Shown: in pieces, positions 9,860 to 18,758 of the stretch
Layout: every line of letters starts with the position of its first letter
Position numbering within the stretch: position 1 is the first letter of the stretch
IMG/VR virus record: IMGVR_UViG_3300008261_000018
Coordinates: 21,175-85,174 of that record
DNA: 64,000 bases
Direction: 5' to 3' (one strand)
DNA from: a virus
Position numbers and translations under genes: made by a program
Notes under the pieces: model-generated
What the model was told of the DNA's origin: nothing
Database searches by the model: none
What the model saw: only the letters and a program-made list of their open reading frames with translations

Positions 9860-10108
9860 ATGGACTTCATGACCGGCCAGTCCCTAGCGGATTTCATCAA
9901 CAGCTTTGACGACAAGGATGACCTCCCCGAGCTGGAAGCTCATCACCTGTTCGACAAGCTCATTCAGTCTCACGGCCTACTCAGCGAAGTTGTCGACTAC
10001 CTCCAGCAGGACAACTTTGATCCCGAACTGCAGGGCATGATCAAAGCAGCTGAGCAGCTTACAGATTTCATCGTCATCACCTTTCAACAGCGCATGCCCC
10101 ATGACTAG
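9860..10108 (+). CDS. hypothetical protein
   Basis: 82-aa acidic ORF directly after thyX. Confidence 0.7.
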   Translation: MDFMTGQSLADFINSFDDKDDLPELEAHHLFDKLIQSHGLLSEVVDYLQQDNFDPELQGMIKAAEQLTDFIVITFQQRMPHD

Positions 10109-10544
10109 GCCTTCTCGTTTTGAACTGCTCAGCAAGTTCTTCCCCGAGCTCAAGCAGCCTGGAACCCAAGGAGACAAAGAGGCTTCACTGCGTTTCAACA
10201 CGCTGGCGTGTGAGGCGATCCTTGCCGATCAACTGCATCTCTTTGATATCGGGTTTCGGCACAACGGTCCAGGGCTCCTGTGCGTACGCCTCCGCGATGG
10301 CGCCCAGTGCAGTGAATACCTGCCTGTTGACGACCTGCGCGTCGATCAGGCGGAAGCCAAGCGGACTGGTGACAGCGATGTCGAGCAGTTCCTCGCTGAT
10401 GCCATCTCCCAGATCGGCTCCACCAACTTTGAGAAGTGCGGGCTTGTCCTGCTCATCGATAACAGCTCGATGCAAGTCTTCCCGATTGATCGCGACTATC
10501 CGGCCCGGGCAATCCAGGCCATGCTCGAAGAATTTGCAGCTTGA
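10101..10544 (+). CDS. hypothetical protein
   Basis: 147-aa ORF overlapping the upstream stop. Confidence 0.75.
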   Translation: MTRPSRFELLSKFFPELKQPGTQGDKEASLRFNTLACEAILADQLHLFDIGFRHNGPGLLCVRLRDGAQCSEYLPVDDLRVDQAEAKRTGDSDVEQFLADAISQIGSTNFEKCGLVLLIDNSSMQVFPIDRDYPARAIQAMLEEFAA

Positions 10545-10547
10545 CCG

Positions 10548-11168
10548 ATGGGTGAACAACACAGGGCCCGCCTTGCTCCGCCCCAGGACTTCGTGCTTGC
10601 AGCACGCTCGGTCATGGGCGCCATCGACTTCGATGCCTTCGCGAATTCCGATATCAACAGGCTCGTTCAAGCCAGTCGCTTTCACGACCGTGACAAAGAC
10701 GACCTCGAGCTTCTCCTCGCTCAGCCATGGGATCTGCCAGGAGACAAGCGCGTGCTTGTCGCCCCTCCCATGAGCGCCGTGCTCTCCAGGCGCTTGATCA
10801 ATAAGACTCTGCGCGAGTACCGGGCCGGTCGAGTCAATCAGGCCATGCTTTGGATCTCGCATAACGAGACCATCATCAAAGCTCCATGGCTGTGGGACTT
10901 CCCCGCCTGTATGCCATTTCGCCGCTTGCGCCCCTGCTGGTGGGATGACGAACTGGAAGTCTTCCGCAACGTCGCGCTTTCGGACTGGTCTGCTGTTTTC
11001 TACTTGCCGCCGCCCGATCCCGTCGCCGAATTCCAGAACCGCGTCTCTCGCTTTCACACCGTCTTCAGCGCACTGGGCCGCGTCGTCTTCAACGAGATGA
11101 GCGGCGAAGGTGACTGGGAGAAGTCCTACCAGGCGCTGCAGAAGAAGCCCTACAACTACCGTGAGTAA
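10548..11168 (+). CDS. phage N6-adenine methyltransferase-like protein, degenerate
   Basis: ARSVMGAIDFDAFA (cf. IDLDPAS), VLVAPPM (cf. NPPY), K.L.EY.AG.V.QA. Confidence 0.6.
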   Translation: MGEQHRARLAPPQDFVLAARSVMGAIDFDAFANSDINRLVQASRFHDRDKDDLELLLAQPWDLPGDKRVLVAPPMSAVLSRRLINKTLREYRAGRVNQAMLWISHNETIIKAPWLWDFPACMPFRRLRPCWWDDELEVFRNVALSDWSAVFYLPPPDPVAEFQNRVSRFHTVFSALGRVVFNEMSGEGDWEKSYQALQKKPYNYRE

Positions 11169-11595
11169 GTTTCACGTACCCGGCTCTGAGTGCGCGGCAG
11201 ACGAGTTCCAGGCTCCTGATGGGGCCTGGTTCAGCATCTTCCGCGCCATTGTCTTCGACTCATGGCTGATTTGGCGCGACGCCTTGCCATCTGAGCCGGA
11301 GCTGCGCGAGCAACTCGACGGCTCAGCCTATGAATGCGTCACGGCTCTGGCTAAGCAGCTCCATCTGTTCCACCAGTCATTGCCTTGCTACCGGGGCTTG
11401 ACGATCTCACCCTTCCACGTCTCGCGTTGGTGGGACCCAACCGATACCGATCAAGCGTGGAATTCAGGAGGCTCGGTCCTGTTTTACATGGATGACTACA
11501 GCGCTGCAGACCTGTTGCGCCTCTGCGTTAAACGACCAGGGCTCAAGCTCCGGGCCGTATCGCAACGCTACGTCGAAGCATCCTTAGTGGAGTGA
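11161..11595 (+). CDS. hypothetical protein
   Basis: GTG start overlapping the upstream stop. Confidence 0.65.
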   Translation: MSKFHVPGSECAADEFQAPDGAWFSIFRAIVFDSWLIWRDALPSEPELREQLDGSAYECVTALAKQLHLFHQSLPCYRGLTISPFHVSRWWDPTDTDQAWNSGGSVLFYMDDYSAADLLRLCVKRPGLKLRAVSQRYVEASLVE

Positions 11596-11613
11596 CTACC
11601 CAGTATTGGGTAC

Positions 11614-11901
11614 TCACTCCGGCAAGACCCTGGCTTCGCTGAAAGCTTTGCGGGCACCCAACGCGCCGCTGCCGAAGTCCTTGAACACCTGACGTGCCTG
11701 GGCAATGGACTGCGCGCGCTCCTGCATCACCTCCAGGCCGCGCCCGTTGTCGATACTCCGCAAGCCGCCCGTGCTGCCGCCATAGGCATTGGCCGTGTGG
11801 GCCTGGCTTCTGGCCCTGGCCTGTAGTCGCTTAGCTGTCGCATCACGCTGGGCTTGCCCGCCTAACGAGAAACCTTGAGCTTCTTTGTATCGGCGGTCCA
11901 T
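11614..11901 (-). CDS. hypothetical protein
   Basis: 95-aa ORF filling the gap on the - strand. Confidence 0.55.
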   Translation of the reverse strand: MDRRYKEAQGFSLGGQAQRDATAKRLQARARSQAHTANAYGGSTGGLRSIDNGRGLEVMQERAQSIAQARQVFKDFGSGALGARKAFSEARVLPE

Positions 11902-11976
11902 GGCTGCGCCCTATCGTTCAGACCGCTTGCCACAGCATGGTCCTGTTCTTATCCTACTTCCAATAACAAAGGCGCC

Positions 11977-12408
11977 ATGAAGCCCAAGACGCGGTTCGAC
12001 CTCGTGCCATTCGCCGCGCTCGAGGAGATTGCCGATGTCCTGACCTACGGCGCCGATAAGTATTCCGCCAATAACTGGTGCCGTGGTACGCCCTGGAGCC
12101 GCTATTTCTCGGCGCTCTGCAGGCATATCTTCGCCTGGTGGCGCGGCGAGAATACGGACCCCGAGACCGGGCTCTCGCATCTAGCTCATGCCGGCTGCTG
12201 CTTGATCTTCCTCATGGAATACCAGCGCAATCGCTGGGGGGAAGATGACCGTTTTGTCAGCCCCGACGGCCAGGAATTCATGAAGCACGACGGACGCACA
12301 GACCCGCAAACCATTCGCTCGACCTGCTGGGTTGACGCATCTGGCACGCGGACCTGCCGCGACGTCTCAGTCAGGGACCTTGATCACGATGAAGACGGAT
12401 GCGAGTGA
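11977..12408 (+). CDS. dATP/dGTP diphosphohydrolase-like protein (DUF5664 family)
   Basis: KTRFDLVP..ALEEIA.VLTYGA.KY..NNW.RG…RH..AW..GE..DPETGLSHLAHA. Confidence 0.85.
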   Translation: MKPKTRFDLVPFAALEEIADVLTYGADKYSANNWCRGTPWSRYFSALCRHIFAWWRGENTDPETGLSHLAHAGCCLIFLMEYQRNRWGEDDRFVSPDGQEFMKHDGRTDPQTIRSTCWVDASGTRTCRDVSVRDLDHDEDGCE

Positions 12409-13028
12409 TCTGATCTCTGTACTACTGCATTAAACGCCAGAGACCACCGCTCTCCTTCCCCTTGAAACGGGTTTACTGAATGCGGCTGCCAGGCCGGGAA
12501 GACGAAGTACTCGCCAACCTTCGGCTGGAAATACTGCAGCATCCCCATCTGGAAACGGCTTGGGTCGAAGCATTCCGGGCCGTGGAAACAAATGGCTCCG
12601 CCCTTCCTTTCGCCATCGATCTGCTCAGGGACCTTCAGATACAGAACACCTGAGAAGGCCCCGCCATGGACGTGAACCGGGTTGAAATCTCCTGCAACCT
12701 GTCGGTTCAACCAAATTTCATAGACATCCGCTCTATAGGATCCCGCCGGCCAGAACCGATGCGCCGCCCCGTCCCAGTCACGCGAGGACTCCTGGATCCA
12801 CAGTTCACAGGCTTGCTCGAATTCAGCCTTCAGTGCCTTGGCCACCGGCAGCGTCAAAGGCAGAGCGATCTGCTCGGCTAGCTCGCCTGCCAGCTGCCGT
12901 GACATGTCGATGGCATCTTTACTCCCAAACAGCTTGCCGGCCTGATGCAGGAGCGACTTCAGTAGATCTGGCTCGATCGTGCCCGCCCCGATATTCCGGG
13001 GGAACAGGCGGTACATGCGATCCAGCAC
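12384..13028 (-). CDS. 2OG-Fe(II) oxygenase (TIGR02466-like)
   Basis: W.N….FNPVHVH…SGVLYL…FPAWQPHSV.PF….RWSLAFN. Confidence 0.88.
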   Translation of the reverse strand: MLDRMYRLFPRNIGAGTIEPDLLKSLLHQAGKLFGSKDAIDMSRQLAGELAEQIALPLTLPVAKALKAEFEQACELWIQESSRDWDGAAHRFWPAGSYRADVYEIWLNRQVAGDFNPVHVHGGAFSGVLYLKVPEQIDGERKGGAICFHGPECFDPSRFQMGMLQYFQPKVGEYFVFPAWQPHSVNPFQGEGERWSLAFNAVVQRSDHSHPSSS

Positions 13029-13030
13029 AA

Positions 13031-13372
13031 TCAGCCGATTCCAAACTGGTTGTTGATCGCGCTGATCCGATCACTGAGTGCAGCCAGCTGATCATTGATT
13101 TGCTTGTTCAAGCCAGGGGGCTGCTGCTGCGCGGGGAATGCAGCTGCCTGTCTGGCCTGTTGCTGGCTCTCGGCCATGCGGCGGGCTTCGATGGCAGCTG
13201 CCTGAGCGAACGCGTTTTGCACTTCCGCCCGGGTAATCAGCTCAGGCATGGCCTGCTCGAGGGCACTGATGCGGCCGCTGGATTTCTTGTGCTGCGCTGC
13301 CAGGACCAGCCCCTGGCCGGAGAGCACGCCGATCAGCGCCGCTGCTGCACCGGCCACGAACGATTCGAGCAT
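13031..13372 (-). CDS. hypothetical protein with N-terminal hydrophobic segment
   Basis: 113-aa ORF co-oriented with its neighbours. Confidence 0.7.
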   Translation of the reverse strand: MLESFVAGAAAALIGVLSGQGLVLAAQHKKSSGRISALEQAMPELITRAEVQNAFAQAAAIEARRMAESQQQARQAAAFPAQQQPPGLNKQINDQLAALSDRISAINNQFGIG

Positions 13373-13422
13373 GTCAATGGTGATCAGTCACCAAAATGTA
13401 TCTCGTATCGCGCAGCCCCGCA

Positions 13423-14382
13423 CTACGACATCCGCAAAATCGCGCGCACTCGTCTTGATAACTCCTGCTCCTTGCCGCGTGGAACTTGTGCCGCAGGGAC
13501 ATCAAACGCTTGTCCGCTGTAGTGGTAGGAGTTTGGCGAGTGCCCGCCCACTGCATTCACTCCCTTGAGCTCGGTTGTCTTAATGCCGGCTTGGTTCAGT
13601 AATGACGCAGCGGCCCTGGCTTCTTCCGGCGTGGAGAAGGCCAGGTGCTCGTGGTAGTTCTCCCCGCCGTGGTCGTCTCGATATCCAGCATGGGAGCGAT
13701 CACCTGTCAGATATTCGATGGGCTTGAACCCGCCTGCTGATGTGGCGGGTGTCATTGCATCGAGGCCGCCTGTCTCGACGATCTGCTTGGTCTCCTGCGG
13801 CGTCTCCGGATTCAGTGACGCGATTGCAACCGCCAACGGGCTCTGCGCTGCCATGCGCTGGCCGCTGGAGGTTCGTGCCACCGGTCGGTACTGGTCTCCG
13901 CCAATCAGCGCGAGTGCTGTTGCTGCCACCGGATCCATCGTTTGCTGTGGCGCTGCAGTGCTGGCCACCGGCTGAACGGATGGAAGGCCCCCGATCTCAA
14001 GTCCACCACCGCCAGACAGGCTCGGCATCGGATCTTTGCTGGCCGCGCCGGCGGTTGTCCAGGCATTGATGCCGGAGCTCTTGAGGATCCTGGCTGCGGC
14101 CTGGGCGTTCTTCCAGGGATCCTTGAGATCGTCGTACGAGCGAACACCAATATCAGCAAATTGCCTCAGTCGCTCTTGCCCTAGTTGATAGCCGGGCTGA
14201 TCAATCATGTTGATCTGCCACAAGCCATAACTGTTGTCACCGGTTGCCCGGTTTGGGTTGTGCGCCAACGGGTTTAGACCTGACTCCCGTTTGGCGATAT
14301 TCACCATCAAGGGAACTTTGTCCTCGGGGACCCCAGCGCGCCGCAGAAGCTCAGCTACTTGGCCTTCCGAAAGCGCCGCCAT
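13423..14382 (-). CDS. lytic transglycosylase-like domain plus C-terminal M15-like peptidase domain (probable virion-associated lysin)
   Basis: IAKRESGLNP.AHN…SYGLWQINM…DP..NA.AA; C-terminal GHSPNSYHYSGQAFDV. Confidence 0.8.
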   Translation of the reverse strand: MAALSEGQVAELLRRAGVPEDKVPLMVNIAKRESGLNPLAHNPNRATGDNSYGLWQINMIDQPGYQLGQERLRQFADIGVRSYDDLKDPWKNAQAAARILKSSGINAWTTAGAASKDPMPSLSGGGGLEIGGLPSVQPVASTAAPQQTMDPVAATALALIGGDQYRPVARTSSGQRMAAQSPLAVAIASLNPETPQETKQIVETGGLDAMTPATSAGGFKPIEYLTGDRSHAGYRDDHGGENYHEHLAFSTPEEARAAASLLNQAGIKTTELKGVNAVGGHSPNSYHYSGQAFDVPAAQVPRGKEQELSRRVRAILRMS

Positions 14383-14723
14383 CAGTCTTCAGATTCCAGG
14401 ACAATTGCGTCCATGTCCAGCTCCATTGTGGCATTTTCCCATAGGCCACGCATATAATCTTCTGCTTCTTCGTCACTCGGGACGTAGCCAAAAATCTCAG
14501 CGAAGTCTTCCTCAGTCTCAGGCGCAAACAGCGTCGCCCCCTCGTCCATCCTGAAGATGTAACCAGCTGATCGCGTCGTCGACAGAAAGATCTGCTTCTG
14601 CCGAAATCGCGCCTCCCAGCAATCGAGTAGCGCAGCTTTCAATTCCTCCCTTGAGAGGTCGCTGATCTCGAGTTCGATGCGACGCAGTAGGTACTGCTGT
14701 TCGTGCGTCAGGTTCTCGTCCAT
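14382..14723 (-). CDS. nblA: NblA-like phycobilisome degradation protein with acidic C-terminal extension
   Basis: LTHEQQYLLRRIELEISDLSREELKAALLDCWEARFRQKQIF matches the NblA pattern L(S/T)xEQQF…MS.EQ….L; strong GGAGGA RBS. Confidence 0.65.
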   Translation of the reverse strand: MDENLTHEQQYLLRRIELEISDLSREELKAALLDCWEARFRQKQIFLSTTRSAGYIFRMDEGATLFAPETEEDFAEIFGYVPSDEEAEDYMRGLWENATMELDMDAIVLESED

Positions 14724-15108
14724 GAGCCGATCCTCCGATGGTCCAGGGCTGAGCCACGCCTGGGCAGGAATATGGACGCATCCATTCCTCAATTCTGGCG
14801 GCTCGTTCAGTGCAGTAAAACTCCTGCTCTTGAAACCATTTGCGCCACTCCCGCACCGACCCCTTGGCGAGATTGCAGCGGCGGCAGGCGGGCACCAAGT
14901 TGGAGCGCATGCTGCTGCCGCCCCAGGCCCGTGGCTTGATGTGGTCCAGGGTGAGATTGAGCCGGCTCCCGGCTTCATCGCTATCGCGCCCGCAGTAGGC
15001 GCAGCAGCCCCACTCTTCCTTGATTGACTGCCGGAATCGGCGTCGCGCCGAACCCGGAGACAGATCGATGAGACTGAACACGTAGGTATCCCAGTGTTCC
15101 GGCGTCAT
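14518..15108 (-). CDS. HNH endonuclease
   Basis: CAYCG…LTLDHIKPRAWGG…NLVPACRRCNLAKG. Confidence 0.9.
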   Translation of the reverse strand: MTPEHWDTYVFSLIDLSPGSARRRFRQSIKEEWGCCAYCGRDSDEAGSRLNLTLDHIKPRAWGGSSMRSNLVPACRRCNLAKGSVREWRKWFQEQEFYCTERAARIEEWMRPYSCPGVAQPWTIGGSAHGREPDARTAVPTASHRTRDQRPLKGGIESCATRLLGGAISAEADLSVDDAISWLHLQDGRGGDAVCA

Positions 15109-15291
15109 CGGCGATGGTCCGTCGTGACCTCACCGTAGGCAGAGCGATGCAGGGCGAAATCTGAGCGACCGATCCCGGCTTCCTAGGATTGCAGCTTGCG
15201 AGGCGAAAGCTGTGGCATACTTCGCGCAGCAACGCACGACAGGTCGCGCATGACTGGGCAGGAGGCGCTTGAGCGCATCGCAGAGCGCGCC

Positions 15292-16542
15292 TTAGCGCAA
15301 CGTGATCTCCAGGCTCTCCAGTCCTCCGGGCCAGACAAGTTCGCTGACGAATTGCAGGATCACCGCCCGCAGTTCCTCGTCCGTCGCAAGTTCAAGCGTC
15401 CGCCGGTCTGCAAACAGCTCGACCAGAAGCTCATAGCGAGCTGAGCTATCCACTTGCTGCAGCGCCTGCAGCTGACGATGCAGCGCCGCCAACTTGTCCT
15501 CCAATCCATCGACTCCAGCAGCCTGCGCTGCCTGCAGCGCTGAGATCTGATTGCGAATTGGTCCTGCTTCCGCTGGCTCCTTCTTTTCGCTGATAGCTGC
15601 GCTGGCGAGCTCCGCTGCCTTGGTGGTCAACGCATCAATCACCTTCCTGCGCACAACCTCGACACGGATGCCCTGGCCGTAGCGAGCGCAAATGCGGTTG
15701 TGGCATTTCAGGCGAGGGACCGCCCGATCGCGGATGTTGTGCAGGGACTTGCCGCAGCTCTCGCAGCGCACCAGCCCGGTAAACAGATGCACGGTGTGAG
15801 CAGCTCTACCCCGCATGTTTGATCGGGCCTTGAGCTTGTTTTCGGCTTCCGCCCATTCCTGCCAGCTGATCAACGGCTTGGTCCCGCCGTGCTCACCGCG
15901 CACAATGCCGCGCAGCATCGGATTGGCAATCCAGCTTTTGACGCCCTTCGGGGTCCACTTCGATTGCGTCTTAGCAATCCAGCCAGAGACGTTGAAGTCG
16001 AGCTCCATCAGCTCGTCCCACATCTGGCGCGCGGCATCCCAGTGATCCGGGCATGGCACGACGTACTGCCCGTCGTAGCTGTACCCAAAGGGAACCTTGC
16101 CGCAGGCGTAGTACCCCTGGGCCTTGCGTCGCCTCAGGCCGTCTCTGACCTTGGCCGCCGTGAGCCGGCTCTGCATCTGCGAGAACACGCTCATCATCCC
16201 GGCCTGCACGAAGCCGCCGATCGACTCGGTTTCAATGGTGCCGCCGACCAGGGCCACCACCTTGGTGCCGCGAGCGGCGCAGAGCTCGAGGAATGCCATG
16301 TCATCACCCGAGCGGCTCAGGCGAGACTGATCGGCCACGAGGATCTCGTCGACGCCGCCCCGGCCAACCAGCGACCAGAGCTCATCCCAGCCCGGGCGTG
16401 CGTTGCCCTTGAAGGCTGACCTCCGCTCGGCAATGACCCGCTCACAGCCAGCGCGCTTGAGCTCGACGACTTGGCCCTCGATCGACTTGTCCTGCTCCTC
16501 TTGGGCCGTCGAGGTGCGGGCGTATCCGATTCTCACGACCAT
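15292..16542 (-). CDS. int: large serine recombinase (integrase)
   Basis: GYARTST catalytic Ser, DQSRLSR, GKVPFGY, PLISWQEW, Zn ribbon CESCG…C…C, coiled coil. Confidence 0.92.
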   Translation of the reverse strand: MVVRIGYARTSTAQEEQDKSIEGQVVELKRAGCERVIAERRSAFKGNARPGWDELWSLVGRGGVDEILVADQSRLSRSGDDMAFLELCAARGTKVVALVGGTIETESIGGFVQAGMMSVFSQMQSRLTAAKVRDGLRRRKAQGYYACGKVPFGYSYDGQYVVPCPDHWDAARQMWDELMELDFNVSGWIAKTQSKWTPKGVKSWIANPMLRGIVRGEHGGTKPLISWQEWAEAENKLKARSNMRGRAAHTVHLFTGLVRCESCGKSLHNIRDRAVPRLKCHNRICARYGQGIRVEVVRRKVIDALTTKAAELASAAISEKKEPAEAGPIRNQISALQAAQAAGVDGLEDKLAALHRQLQALQQVDSSARYELLVELFADRRTLELATDEELRAVILQFVSELVWPGGLESLEITLR

Positions 16543-16586
16543 GGTTGACACACGCGCTGCAGGGGGCACACTTGCGCAGACCTCCT

Positions 16587-16630
16587 TTAGGGGTGGTCAA
16601 AGGTACTCCAGAAACGAGTACCACCTAAGA
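16587..16630. other. candidate attP or operator (nested inverted repeats)
   Basis: GGTACTC-N7-GAGTACC (16602-16622) inside the imperfect repeat TTAGGGGTGGT…ACCACCTAA, directly upstream of the integrase. Confidence 0.4.
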
Positions 16631-16653
16631 CACACGACAGATCCTCTGCAGAA

Positions 16654-17067
16654 ATGCAACGCATCACAGAAGACACCGCCCTGTTCGGTTGGACGGAGCG
16701 CGACCTCGCCCAAGAAGCTCACGAGCTCACGATTTGCAGCATCGCAGTCGATGGACTCATGGAGCTCACCGGCGACGAGGACGATGACGAACTCGCCGCG
16801 AAAGTCGACAGCCATCCCGCCGCACGGAGCGCCTCGGCCTTCCAGGAGTTCAAGGACTCCATCGAGCTCAAAATCGAAGAGGCTTTCGAGCAGGCAGCTC
16901 TGGCCTCGCACCCGAACGCATTCAGCGCCGACAAAGTGACAGGTGGGCAGAACGTCACCAGAGTCACAGCCGTGTCCGCTGACGGCGGCAAGCAGGGGGG
17001 GGCATTGGTTGCGATCCAGGTTTGGGTGCCCTGGAGCGCCCTGCCCGATGGCTTCCTTGCGGCCTAG
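16654..17067 (+). CDS. acidic hypothetical protein divergent from the integrase
   Basis: 137-aa ORF with phage-like codon usage. Confidence 0.7.
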   Translation: MQRITEDTALFGWTERDLAQEAHELTICSIAVDGLMELTGDEDDDELAAKVDSHPAARSASAFQEFKDSIELKIEEAFEQAALASHPNAFSADKVTGGQNVTRVTAVSADGGKQGGALVAIQVWVPWSALPDGFLAA

Positions 17068-17094
17068 TCGAGATCCCCTGGCTCCGCCCGCTCG

Positions 17095-18480
17095 TTAGCG
17101 GAAGAACAGGCCGCCTGCCTCTGAGAGGCCCAGCTCGGGAACCGTAAAGGGACCGAGCCTCCATTTGCCGCCACGCCGCCGCGCCGCCTCCGCTCGCAGC
17201 AACTGAGGATTAGCGCTTGGGCCTTGGGCACCGAACGCCCCGGGGTCCAGGCGCTTTTCTTCTGCGCGCTGCCGCTGACTGGGCTTGGCACTGCCGCCCA
17301 GCTGCGACACCACCGCGACGGGATTGCCGATGCGAGCGCCGGTAGCCACTGCCGGCAACACTTGGGCCGCGGCCGCCGGTGCCAGGCGCTGCAGCGCGCC
17401 TGCACCCATGCCAACAACAGGGGCGGCAAGCAGGCCCGTGGCGTATTCCTGCGCTACCCGCTCACCCGCCTTGCGGACATTTCCGGTCTCGACCGCTTGG
17501 CGGAACTCCGGATCGAAGAGCGGAACCGATCCAGCCAGATCGGTCGTGGCATTGAAGCCAGCCCCGACAGCATTCCGCACCCTTTCAAAGGCGCGGCCAG
17601 CGCGGGCGTTCTCCGCGAACTGGATAGCCATGTCCTTCTCGTACGTCGCCGGGATCCTGGCGGGAGGATTCGAGAGGGCGCTGATCTTGTCTTGATAAGG
17701 GAAGATCCCTTCATCAGCCCAACCCCGTCCGATCTCCAGGCTTCCGTCCATGGCAGCGTCTGAGAGATCAGCGGCGTGAATCGAGCCGCCAGCCGTCCAG
17801 CGCTTCGGGGTATAGCGGCCTTCATCGACGGCACGCTGATAGCCCTGAATCAATTCATCGGCGTACTTCTCGCCGCGAATCCGCGCAGTCCCAACATCCT
17901 GATCGGCGATAGCGCGAGTGTTGCGAGTCTGCGGGGTCGGCATGAAGCCTTCGTCCCAATCAAACTCGCCGGCATCCATGAAATCGAGGTCGCCTCTCTT
18001 GAATGAGGGAGCGGCGAGATTGAAGACCCGGGTCAGATTTCCCTGCTTGTCTGTCAGGGAGTCCGCAAGCTTTTGGTCCCAGCTCCCTTCTCCGCCGGGC
18101 GCGAAGTAGCTGGGATCTACGCCCAGTTCAATTTGTTTGAGCTTCCGAACCGTAAATGCATCGCGATCCGGCATGGCGCCGTAATTCACGAAGTTGCTGT
18201 AGTTCGGGGTGCCCGGCCCTCGATCAGGGCCGTACCATCCAGGATTGCCGTGAATCGCGCCTGACGCATACAGCTTGTCGAGCGCTGCGTGATCGGTGAC
18301 GTTCTCGAGAAGCTCGCCATAGACCGTGGCCGGGACATTCGAGAAACGATGGCCCGCGTCATGGATCGCAAAGGGTCCTGACTCCAGCGGCGGCTGGACA
18401 TCGAGGCCATAGGGATTGACGAACTCCTCGCCGAGCTTCAGGACAGAAGTGCGCTTCTGACTTGGATCTCTAGGCGCCAT
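17095..18480 (-). CDS. hypothetical protein (probable virion/ejection protein)
   Basis: TAATG-coupled start at 18480; Ala/Gly-rich C-terminal half; internal HDAGH…GE motif. Confidence 0.75.
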   Translation of the reverse strand: MAPRDPSQKRTSVLKLGEEFVNPYGLDVQPPLESGPFAIHDAGHRFSNVPATVYGELLENVTDHAALDKLYASGAIHGNPGWYGPDRGPGTPNYSNFVNYGAMPDRDAFTVRKLKQIELGVDPSYFAPGGEGSWDQKLADSLTDKQGNLTRVFNLAAPSFKRGDLDFMDAGEFDWDEGFMPTPQTRNTRAIADQDVGTARIRGEKYADELIQGYQRAVDEGRYTPKRWTAGGSIHAADLSDAAMDGSLEIGRGWADEGIFPYQDKISALSNPPARIPATYEKDMAIQFAENARAGRAFERVRNAVGAGFNATTDLAGSVPLFDPEFRQAVETGNVRKAGERVAQEYATGLLAAPVVGMGAGALQRLAPAAAAQVLPAVATGARIGNPVAVVSQLGGSAKPSQRQRAEEKRLDPGAFGAQGPSANPQLLRAEAARRRGGKWRLGPFTVPELGLSEAGGLFFR

Positions 18481-18758
18481 TACCAGCTCCAGTTGCAACT
18501 CCAGTAGCCCGGAGTGGTTTTGTCTTTTTTCTCGTCACAGTTGTGACGACTCTTGAAATCGGCGCGGCGATCTTCGTCGCCATGGCCGCCGCGACCGTTT
18601 GGGCCATTGCGGTAGTTCTCCATCGACGGATCACCGAAGCGCACAATCTTGTCGGTGTCGCCATCTTTGACGACAACCGCAAACTTCTTACTCTCACCCG
18701 GCGTGCGCTTGGGCTTGTTGTAGCCCTCGAAGACTTCTCCGGCTTTGCGGACAGTCAT
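18480..18758 (-). CDS. conserved phage hypothetical protein
   Basis: F.GYNKPKRTP…KK.AV…K.VRFGD…F.SRH.C…YWSC..W. Confidence 0.85.
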   Translation of the reverse strand: MTVRKAGEVFEGYNKPKRTPGESKKFAVVVKDGDTDKIVRFGDPSMENYRNGPNGRGGHGDEDRRADFKSRHNCDEKKDKTTPGYWSCNWSW

